Of a DNA stretch of 64,000 nt, positions 12,101 to 24,100 are shown piece after piece. The position numbers were made by a program, and so were the translations under genes. Location of the stretch: NCBI GenBank assembly GCA_903813345.2, contig CAIIXF020000001.1, positions 1,054,001 to 1,118,000 of the forward strand, written 5' to 3'. Below the pieces are notes generated by a model that had not been told where the DNA came from, did no database searches, and saw only the letters and a list, made by a program, of their open reading frames with translations. The stretch comes from Owenia fusiformis. Its lineage: Eukaryota. Positions within the stretch are counted from its first letter, which is position 1. Each line of letters begins with the position of its first letter.

Positions 12101-15100
12101 GGCCTGGACAACCATGGTGTGGTGCTGGGAGAGGCTGGGGTCTCTGATGATCCTCATTAATGTAGATATGGCAATAGCTGGGTAGAACTCTTCCAATGTG
12201 GCAGTGCCCATGCTGACCAACATCTCACTGGTGCTGTACTCTTCTACAGTATAGAGAAATGAAGGAATGTGACTATCAACAAATGTTATTACAATGCTAT
12301 CAATATAGAACAGACTTCCAAAGGAAACTAGCTTGGGTCTTAGGTTTGATTCCTACACAGGTCATTGAATTTAGGATGCTCTCTTTCATGTCTGTATCTG
12401 ATTAATGTTTCACTACAGTTCCCTGGAGGTGCCGTTAGTTCCAGGTCCCTGGATGTACCCTTGGGTCTTTACATCAGCACCTCTCAAGGGTAGTAAATCC
12501 CACAGAACAAACGTCACTCATCAATTATCACAATGTGTATGTTTTATGGCACTATACAAAATGTTATAATAGAGCTATACATAAGACTGTATTCAACAAT
12601 AATTAACTGTGTGACTTGTGAAGTTTCATGATTTAGTCATACAAAAGAAATGTATCATTTAGCTTGTACTTTTACGATGCAATATACAGGGTGTCCCAAA
12701 TAAATGGTACACCCTGTAGACACATACCTGTTTCTCCCCCTTCCCCACTCCCAGGGTCTGACATGCTGAGAACAGCACCTGCATCTTCCTTGTTGATCAT
12801 GCCCTTGTTAATGTTGTGTTTATATGGGTCCAATGCCCCTAGGAGACCAAGCACTCTAATAGCCTGCAATATGAGATGTCACACATATTATAGGAATATC
12901 CTATGGTTTTGAAAAAAGATTATTTAAATCCATGAGTGGATATTGATATCTTCATGAGTTTTTTATCTTGAGAAGTTTAAAGCAGTCAAAACTGAATTTA
13001 ACAACCAGATGACAAATGATATTTATTAGACACCTATTTACCTCCCGTCTTATTCCAACAGCTTGTTCTGTCTTGAGGAAGTTGAGTAAGACCTCTAGTA
13101 GTGTCGGGTACTTCTTGTATGGCTCCACAACATACCCTGTGCTCTCTACTAGCTGACCGAGTGTCCACAGAGCCACCTATATATGCCCAACAGAGAATAA
13201 TTTCACATCATTATGAACTTTCATAAAAGACACAATAATTTGGTATTTTTCTATATGAGCATAAATTAAAGTACATGTATGAGTAAATATTCTACAGATA
13301 TAAACCCTTTTCATTAGGTGCAACATTAAAGACTGAATACTATGAAAAACTATATACAGTAAGGCCATTTCCAGCAAATTGGTGTGATTAAATAAAATGT
13401 AATGAAACATAGTTCTCAAACTGACAAATAAATATAACAGTTTTAAAGTTATGTTAATTTTATAATTTTGCTTTAGTAATATTTCATGGTCGATATATGA
13501 CTGGTGATGTCCCTGTGTATAAAACAATTACAAATAAATAATAAATCGATAAATTAACAGAAGTATGTTGAAGTATTGTTTTCTTTTTCTGCCTTACCTC
13601 TCTTTTCTGCATGGAGGATGAGTCTTGTAGCATGTCTAGTATAATTGGCATAAGGTCATCCATCCATTTCTTCATCTCAACTCCACTCACCTGAAATATT
13701 AATGAAAATATCAACAATTCTGATAGTGATAGTCACAACCAGCAATTAAATTGGAGGAATATATATGTACATATATTAAACACACATATTTATGATCTTA
13801 ATGCAAAAAATTGATCAAATATACTAAATAATTTTAAACATAAACCAGAGGTCATATATTGCACCACTACATAAAAATATTCAGTCGTTTTATCCTTAAA
13901 TTCAAATCAAAATTATATAATAAATATAATTTCAAAATCTTCCTCATGCTTGGAATAAGTACACATTTGCGCCAACACTGAATCAACTTGAAGCCAGAAT
14001 TCATTCGCATACATATCTTGCAAATAAAAAGGAAAATAATACACCATCTGACCTTTTTCATCCGTGAGTTTCAAGGGGTTTGATGTTGAATGCAAGACAA
14101 TACTTATAATACAGATCTCATGTTGCTTAAAACCAAGCAGGTTATTTTCTATTGTTGTGTTACTTAATATCAGCAATCTCATGGGGTAGAGAAAGATGGC
14201 GCTATAGTAACAATCAAATTATTATGCGCCTCAAGGGAATACGAACAATGTCATTAAGTTTAGACATTGCTGGCAACGCTTGAGGCAAGGTTAAGATTAG
14301 GATTTATTGGTTTCTTCATAAGTTGTTCTTCAAACAAAGAATAGAAGAGTTCATATTCTCCTCTTTCTTAAAGCTTATATAGACAAAGACACGCTGATGG
14401 CAAACATGTAACATTATCACTCATGGAAATATTATTGTCTCTTATTTAATGGAAGCTGGGTCTTTTCCAATATACCGAATTGAAATGGCATAAAGTAAAA
14501 CCTGTCAAATCCAAACACCACTGGAACTTGCTAAAAGTGTTCAGATTTATGGCAGATTAAAACAAGGCATTAATACGCAAAATGTCACCACCTGCCAATT
14601 GCTACAGATGATGTACACTGACCACCAAGCATCAGATGTCAAACAATATCCACAAAAAGTTTGAAACTATAACAATCTTGTGGTGTTGACGTAAAAAGGG
14701 AATTGAAAAAACTGGTCAAATTGAAAGTTAATTCAAATCAAAGAGGTGTTCAGATATACAAGTTTTCTTGTATTCTTTATGAAAATTATTTCCTGCCCAA
14801 AATCATTAAAATCATATGTACAGTAATTCTGGTTCTCCTTACTTGAGCCTGTTCCCCAATGGCAGCAAGCACACTGTTGACCACACCTGGGTTGTTGTCT
14901 TTTGTGTCCTTCAGCTTTGGAATCAGCACCTGATAAGGCATAGTTAATGGATTACAAATCAATTTTGATATATAAACTAGTGGTGTCAATTAACTGCTTG
15001 AGCATTAACTGGTTAACCGGGTGTTTTTACCGGTTAAAGTCGGTTAACCGGCGTGAAATTTGAACTGATAATGTATCACATGTATGAGTAGCTCATATGA

Positions 15101-18100
15101 AACTGACGCTTCAAAAACAAACAGATTAACATGCAAAGTAAGCGCGGGAAAGCAATGTGGCAGGGATTAAAGTTGCTAATTGGATGTTTGTAAGGAGTTA
15201 TCGAACTTATGACATGTAGGAGTAGCTTACGTGAAACTGACACTTTAAAACCAAACAGATTAGCATGCAATATAAGCGCGGGAAATAACAGAATTATACA
15301 CGGTCAACTAACCACCCATAAAAACACAGACCGGTCAAGGCATTATCAGCGGTTAAACGGTTAATACTTGACACCTCTAATATAAACACATATGTTTGTA
15401 AGTCAAGTTATTGAAATCAATACAAGTTTAAAGTATAATCAAGCTTTCTTTATAGAAAAAATGCAAATTCACAAACCTACCTTGAGTATTGGCTCCATGT
15501 ATGGTCGTATAAGACGAGGGGCGTTTGAGACAAGATGACCCAACATACGAGCAGCCTGTTCCTTATTGCGACCTACTCCACTATGCTCTAACTCCGTCAG
15601 AATCTATACGTAAAAATAGGACATGAAATCAATTGTTTTAACTCATACCCATTTATGTTACTCACATTTTGCAAAATCATGATTCTTTGTAAATATTGAT
15701 TAAGAAAACAATTCTGGTTGAAAATATTGAAAGAATATCATGTCTAATTTTAATGTTTTCAAAATCTACACACAATTAGGCCAAGAATTGATGGAAATGA
15801 CATTGTGGTTGTGCCACTATGATACAGGTGTCCTCATATAAAGGTTGTATTCATGGATTACCTGTATTAATGACATTGTGGTTGTGCCACTATGATACAG
15901 GTGTCCTCATATAAAGGTTGTATTCATGGATTACCTGTATTAATGACATTGTGGTTGTGCCACTATGATACAGGTGTCCTCATATAAAGGTTGTATTCAT
16001 GGATTACCTGTATTAATGACATTGTGGTTGTGCCACTATGATACAGGTGTCCTCATATAAAGGTTGTATTCATGGATTACCTGTATTAATGACATTGTGG
16101 TTGTGCCACTATGATAGAGGTGTCCTCATATAAAGGTTGTATTCATGGATTACCTGTATTAATGCCATTGTGGTTGTGCCACTATGATACATACAGGTGT
16201 CCTCATATAAAGGTTGTATTCATGGATTACCTGTATTAATGACATTGTGGTTGTGCCACTATGGATACAGGTGTCCTCATATAAAGGTTGTATTCATGGT
16301 TTACCTGTATTAATGACATTGTGGTTGTGCCACTATGATACAGGTGTCCTCATATAAAGGTTGTATTCATGGATTACCTGTATTATGATATTGTGGTTGT
16401 GCCACTAAATATGATACAGGTGTCCTCATATAAAGGTTGAATTCATGGATTACCTGTATTAATGATATTGTGGTTGTGCCACTATGATACAGGTGTCCTC
16501 ATATAAAGGTTATATTCATGGATTACCTGTATTAATGACATTGTGGTTGTGCCACTATGATACATACAGGTGTCCTCATATAAAGGTTGTATTCATGGAT
16601 TACCTGTATAAATGATATTGTGGTTGTGCCACTATGGATACAGGTGTCCTTATATAAAGGTTGAATTCATGGATTACCTGTATTATGATATTGTGGTTGT
16701 GCCACTATGGATACAGGTGTCCTCATATAAAAGTTGTATTCATGGATTACCTGTATTAATGACATTGCTGTTGTGCCACTATGATACAGGTGTCCTCATA
16801 TAAAGGTTGTATTCATGGATTACCTGTATTAATGATATTGTGGTTGTGCCACTATGATAGAGGTGTCCTCATATAAAGGTTGTATTCATGGTTTACCTGT
16901 ATTAATGATATTGTGGTTGTGCCACTATGATACAGGTGTCCTCATATAAAGGTTGTATCCATGGATTACCTGTATAAATGATATTGTGGTTGTGCCACTA
17001 TGATACAGGTGTCCTCATATAAAGGTTGTATTCATGGATTACCTGTATTAATGACATTGCTGTTGTGCCACTATGATACAGGTGTCCTCATATAAAGTTT
17101 GTATTCATGGATTACCTGTATTAATGATATTGTGGTTGTGCCACTATGATACAGGTGTCCTCATATAAAGGTTGTATCCATGGATTACCTGTATTATATA
17201 AAGGTTGTATTCATGGATTACCTGTATTATATAAAGGTTGTATTCATGGATTACCTGTATTATATAAAGGTTGTATTCATGGATTACCTGTATTAATGAC
17301 ATTGCTGTTGTGCCACTATGATACAGGTGTCCTCATATAAAGGTTGTATTCATGGATTACCTGTATTATGATATTGTGGTTGTGCCACTAAATATGATAC
17401 AGGTGTCCTCATATAAAGGTTGAATTCATGGATTACCTGTATTAATGATATTGTGGTTGTGCCACTATGATACAGGTGTCCTCATATAAAGGTTGTATTC
17501 ATGGATTACCTGTATTAATGACATTGTGGTTGTGCCACTATGGATACAGGTGTCCTCATATAAAGGTTGTATTCATGGATTACCTGTATTATGATATTGT
17601 GGTTGTGCCACTAAATATGATACAGGTGTCCTCATATAAAGGTTGTATTCATGGATTACCTGTATTAATGACATTGTGGTTGTGCCACTATGATACAGGT
17701 GTCCTCATATAAAGGTTGTATTCATGGATTACCTGTATTATGATATTGTGGTTGTGCCACTAAATATGATACAGGTGTCCTCATATAAAGGTTGAATTCA
17801 TGGATTACCTGTATTAATGATATTGTAGTTGTGCCACTATGATACAGGTGTCCTCATATAAAGGTTGAATTCATGGATTACCTGTATTATGATATTGTGG
17901 TTGTGCCACTATGATACAGGTGTCCTCATATAAAGGTTGTATTCATGGATTACCTGTATTAATGACATTGTGGTTGTGCCACTATGATAGAGGTGTCCTC
18001 ATATAAAGGTTATATTCATGGATTACCTGTATTAATGACATTGTGGTTGTGCCACTATGATACAGGTGTCCTCATATAAAGGTTATATTCATGGATTACC

Positions 18101-21100
18101 TGTATTAATGACATTGTGGTTGTGCCACTATGGATACAGGTGTCCTCATATAAAGGTTGTATTCATGGATTACCTGTATTAATGACATTGTGGTTGTGCC
18201 ACTATGATACATACAGGTGTCCTCATATAAAGGTTATATTCATGGATTACCTGTATTAATGACATTGTGGTTGTGCCACTATGATACAGGTGTCCTCATA
18301 TAAAGGTTGTATTCATGGATTACCTGTATTAATGACATTGTGGTTGTGCCACTATGATACAGGTGTCCTCATATAAAGGTTGTATTCATGGATTAGATGT
18401 ATTAATGATATTGTGGTTGTGCCACTATGATACAGGTGTCCTCATATAAAGGTTGAATTCATGGATTACCTGTATTAATGATATTGTGGTTGTGCCACTA
18501 TGATACAGGTGTCCTCATATAAAGGTTATATTCATGGATTACCTGTATTAATGACATTGTGGTTGTGCCACTATGATACAGGTGTCCTCATATAAAGGTT
18601 GAATTCATGGATTACCTGTATTAATGATATTGTGGTTGTGCCACTATGATACAGGTGTCCTCATATAAAGGTTATATTCATGGATTACCTGTATTAATGA
18701 CATTGTGGTTGTGCCACTATGATAGAGGTGTCCTCATATAAAGGTTGTATTCATGGCTTACCTGTATTAATGATATTGTGGTTGTGCCACTATGATAGAG
18801 GTGTCCTCATATAAAGGTTGTATTCATGGTTTACCTGTATTAATGATATTGTGGTTGTGCCACTATGGATACACTGGTGTCCTCATATAAAGGTTGTATT
18901 CATGGATTACCTGTATTAATGATATTGTGGTTGTGCCACTATGATAGAGGTGTCCTCATATAAAGGTTGTATTCATGGATTACCTGTATTAATGATATTG
19001 TGGTTGTGCCACTATGATAGAGGTGTCCTCATATAAAGGTTGTATTCATGGATTACCTGTATTAATGTCCTCATATAAAGGTTGTATTCATGGCTTACCT
19101 GTATTATATAAAGGTTGTATTCATGGATTACCTGTATTATATAAAGGTTGTATTCATGGATTACCTGTATTAATGTTTTCCTCAAAGATGGCATCACATA
19201 CGCAGGGTTAAGGTTACTAAGGCGACCAATGGTACAGATAGCAAGTTCCCGAATCTCAAACACTTCATCGTTAAGTGCAACAAAGAGGGCGCTCAAGTTC
19301 TCAGCCTGTGCAAGATGTCCATCAAATCTTTCGTCAAGAGATGCCAGTACACAATAACGAATATCAGGATCTGTAAGAAGTTTTCATTAAAAAAATAAAT
19401 GTAGTTCAGTTCATACAAATTACAATGCTTAATAAAATAATAACAAAATAATCTGATTTTTATTGTCATATTCTGGATAATTTTCTTTTAGTTATAGAAA
19501 TCTAATAACAATGAATGTTTTTTTAACTGGTCAATATTGGTTTCACTGAAAATAATTGGTTTAGAATACAAGGATACAACTTCCAGTAAACTTCTGGAGA
19601 GGTCAATAATTCTTGTGGTAAACAATGGAGGTATATCATTTTAAGTCTCCTGTAGACAGGTCTACAATCATATAGTGCAGTCAGAATGTGGGTTTCAGCG
19701 TGCGTTCAGAGGGATTTTATGAGACATAATTTTTCATGTTACTACTATGATTATACATATTTGTATGGATTATTAGATCTTAGTTTTTCAGCTTTTAGAT
19801 TTTGTGGCCATTTTACCCCCCATGGGCTAAAATTTGGACCCCTACTATAAAATTGGGCAAGAACTCAAAAAATACTCAGCGGAATGTTTCCAAATTACTA
19901 AGTTATATTGGTATAGGCTAACCAAATATATGATAAAAGTTTCATGTCACATGGTTCAGTGGTTGCCATGGAAATGGATGAGACATGCCCTTCGGGTGTC
20001 AATTTTCAGGCAAATTTTTCAGGACTGACAGAGTCATTTCATGCATATTTTGTCACCAATGTGTTAGGAAGGGTTAAAATGTAAATAGAAAACTTCTACA
20101 AGGCATTAACATGACAAAATGTCACCACCTAGTTGCTCACAATATTATGAGTTCAAACTTAAGTCAGATTTGAATTTCTGAGAACTTGTAAAGTCAAAGG
20201 ACGATTCTCGGTTTGGAGAACGAAGTTCATCAATCTAAATGAGCATTATCCCTGCTTCGGACAAATTTGATTTTTTTTACATAACATAGATTTGAGTGTC
20301 TTCTTTTGAATAGTCATAATTTAATTTGGGTAATATTTCTAGATTTTTCGCAAAAAAAATATTAGCGCAGCACACTGATGAACTTCTTTCCTCAAATCGA
20401 GACTTGTATTTTATTGAATCGGTCTAATTGAGCGTTATCCCTGCTTCAGACCAAGTTGTTATTTTTACATCTTGTAGATTTAAATGTCTTCTTTTGAATA
20501 TTCATAATTTAATTTGGGTAATATTTCTATATTTTTCATGAAAAATATTATTAGCCCAGGAGACTGTTCTCCAAACCGAGAATCGTCCTTTGAACTTCTG
20601 AAAAGATGTAGATGATTTTGAAAAAAAAATTAGTCAATTTGAAGCAAGTTGAAAAAAGACCTTTTTTGACCTTGAGAAGGTCATTGAAGGTCAAATGTCA
20701 AATCTAAAGTCAGATTTGAATTTCCGAGAACATGTAGATGATTTTGAAAAAAAATTTAGTCAATTTGAAGCAAGTTGAAAAAATACCTTTTTGACCTTTT
20801 TTGACTTTGAGAAGGTCATTGAAGGTCAAATGTCAAATCTTAAGTCAAATCTAAAGTCAGATTTGAATTTCTGAGATCGTAGATGATTTTGAAAATTTTT
20901 TTTAGTCAATTTGAAGCAAGTTGAAAAAATACCTTTTTGACCTTTTTTGACCTTGAGAAGGTCATTGAAGGTCAAATGTCAAATCTTAAGTCAAATCTTA
21001 AGTCAGATTTGAATTTCTGAGAACACGTAGATGATTTTGAAAATTTTTTTTAGTCAATTTGAAGCAAGTTGAAAACAGACCTTTTTGACCTTTTTTGACC

Positions 21101-24100
21101 TTGAGAATGTCATTGAAGGTCAAATGTCAAATCTAAAGTCAGATTTGAAGGTCAAATGTCAAATCTAAAGTCAGATTTGAATTTCTGAGAACATGTAGAT
21201 GATTTTGAAAAAAAATTTAGTCAATGTGAAGCAAGTTGAAAAAAGACCTTTTTGACCTTGAGAAGGTCATTGAAGGTCAAATGTCAAATCTAAAGTCAGA
21301 TTTGAACTTCTGAGAACATGTAGATGATTTTGAAAAAAATTGAAGTCAGTCTAAACAGTATTTGTTAAGTTATAGGAAGTTGTAAGAAATTGTTACAGAC
21401 GCCGGACGCCGGACGCCAACCGCCGGACGCCAACCACCAACCGCCGTCGCAAAAAAACGGAGACCATAACAATATGTCACCACTTTTGGTGGTGACATAA
21501 TAATATATTAGCAACAATTGTATGAAAAGATCAGTCCACAAAACCTCAGATTTTGGCCTTGTATTGGTCCATGACTTATACAGGGGTCTATTTCATAGAC
21601 TCGAGCTCCCTCATTGGATGGATGCTATAACTTTTGAAATAATGGAGATACAGGTCCCATTTTTTCAGATCTTCATAAATGGTTAGTTTTAAGTATTTTG
21701 TTATACTTTGGGAGCTGACATGTGATTGGTTGCCATGGTAACCAGGGTTTTAGGGAAATTCTGACCCCCACATTGGATGGATGCTATAACTTTTGAAATA
21801 AGGGAGATACATGTCTCATTATTTCAGATCTTAGACTATGATTGATTATAAATATTAAATTAGACTTTGAGAGCTGAAATTTGATTGGTTACCATGGTAA
21901 CTAGAGTTTTATTGAAATTTGGACCTCCTCAATTGATAAATGCTTTAACGTTTGAATTTAAGCAGATACAGATATCATCATTTCAGATCTTAAAAATTAA
22001 TTAGATTTGTGTATTGAATTAGACTTTGTAGCTTAGCATTTACTTGATTGCCATGGTAACCATGTTTCGTCGTCATGGTACCCTTAATTTTTTATTTCAT
22101 TCTTACCTTCATTTGAGAATGGTCAATTCACAACATGTTATACCAAAATGCTCAAAATTATCATTTTGCTCTTAATTTCAGCAATTTATCCTGTATGTCT
22201 GACAGTTTAGCTTCATTCCATTCTACTAGTTCTCACACATATTCTGACTCCCAACTTGTTTTTACTCATCATTACCGTTTTCATCTTCCACAATTGCCTC
22301 TTAATTAAAAATATCAACAATTTCTATTGCAAAGAAGGATTCTTTTGACCATTCTTGTGTTAAAGATTCATCAGGGAATTCACAGTTCATTCATGCAGTG
22401 TTGGGCATAATGGCAGAGCTGGGTTTAGGCTGGTGGGAATGTGTCCATACATAGGTTTGATAATTTACCCTCTTCAAATGTGAAAGAAAATGTCAACACC
22501 TTCACAAGTGAGGGCAGCACTGTTCTGTTTTGTTCTGTATCTCATGGGAAACAGCTCATCTCGTAATCTATTAGTGGCAGTTATTTTTCTATTTTTGCTG
22601 TATTTTTGCAGGTGAACAATTCAACTTTCGATTTTATGGTAGCAGGAATTCCTATATTGTTTCCTATTGAAAAAAACAACTTTAAGAATTGTTTGTCTTC
22701 TGCTTCAGTTGATTACTTTTCCTTTGTTCAGAAAGGCACTGGAGGAATCTGATCCAGTAAACGCATTGAAGGCTAATATAGCTTCACACAGGACCTGGTC
22801 CTAGGTTTGCAGCTACAGGGGTTGGGTTGAGCTTCTGACATCTAATGGGACAGAGTTCACATCAATTGAGGTTCTTAAGGTTGTTTTCATCATAATAGGA
22901 ATCAATATATATAGAAATTCCTGACACAAAAAAATCCAAAGTTGAATTGTTCACCAGTAAAAGTACAGCAGAATTACAAAAATATATTTGTAACTTACAT
23001 CAATTAGATAATGATATGACCTGTTTCACATAAGATATTCTCCAAAACAGAACAGTGCCCTCACTTATGGAGGTGTTGACATTTCAACTCTTCCCATCTT
23101 TCAAGATTGGTCCTTCACTGCTTTCATAGCAGCTAATATAATGCAATGTATTAAATGATGAACTCTTCCACCTTGTAATGATTGCTCATTATAACATTTG
23201 AAGAGGATGGATGATAAAACTTATATTTGGAAGTGGAAACATTATCCCCCCTCTCCCAGGAGTTCACTGTATATAAACCTCGAGGGGATCCTCAGCTCAG
23301 GTGGGGTACTTTTGACATTTGATGTGGCAATGGACCCAAATTTTAGGATCTGGTATGAGAATGCTCTCCAAATTATGACTTGAGAGGTATGGCAATGGTC
23401 AGATTTGGGAATGGTCGTGAAAAATATGTTGCCCATCACTTTTTGTAAATGTATGGCATTGATCTAGTATATCCTTAATGTGAGGTTGTTTTTGGTTGTT
23501 TTCCTCAATGATCTACCTTCTTCTCGAGGGAAATTTTGATTGGCCATGTTTTCATATCTGGATATTTGGTATGGCACTGGTCCTATATTTTGGTATTTGG
23601 TATGACCCTTTGGGCATTATTTTGGTTGATATCGGAATACATTCAAATTTGACAGATTGGATGGGAACATATTGATATTTGAGGGTTCAGCCTAGGATCC
23701 CAGCCCAATTTTATATACAGTGAACCCAAAGGGACCAGTCTTAACCCATTCTGCCAAGTCCAATACTGCATGAACGGACTAAATCCCCTGAGGATCCTCA
23801 ACTCCAGAATGGTCAAGACAAGCCTTCATTCCAACAGAAATGGTGGATATTTAAATCAAGAGACAATTGTGCAAAATGAAAACAGTAATGATGAGTACAA
23901 AAGAACAAAAAATTAGGAATGTTTGCATCTCTAGTATTATTGAGTCATGAGCATGTAAATCATATAAAATAGAAAAGAATCCCCAAATTAAGAATAAAAT
24001 GGTAACTTTGAGCAATTTGGTATTTTATGTCATGTATTGACCTATCTAGAATAAAGGTGAATCTGAAAACGAAAACAGCAGTTACCATGACAATGAAACA

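Noticed and set aside
15797-19175. CRISPR-like array
   Set aside because: Units are head-to-tail with no unique spacers, there are no cas genes, and the context is a eukaryotic intron. It is a minisatellite.
16612-19211. Short plus-strand ORFs with repeated [11 protein letters not shown] peptides
   Set aside because: Translation products of the minisatellite, antisense to TOR, with no independent gene structure.
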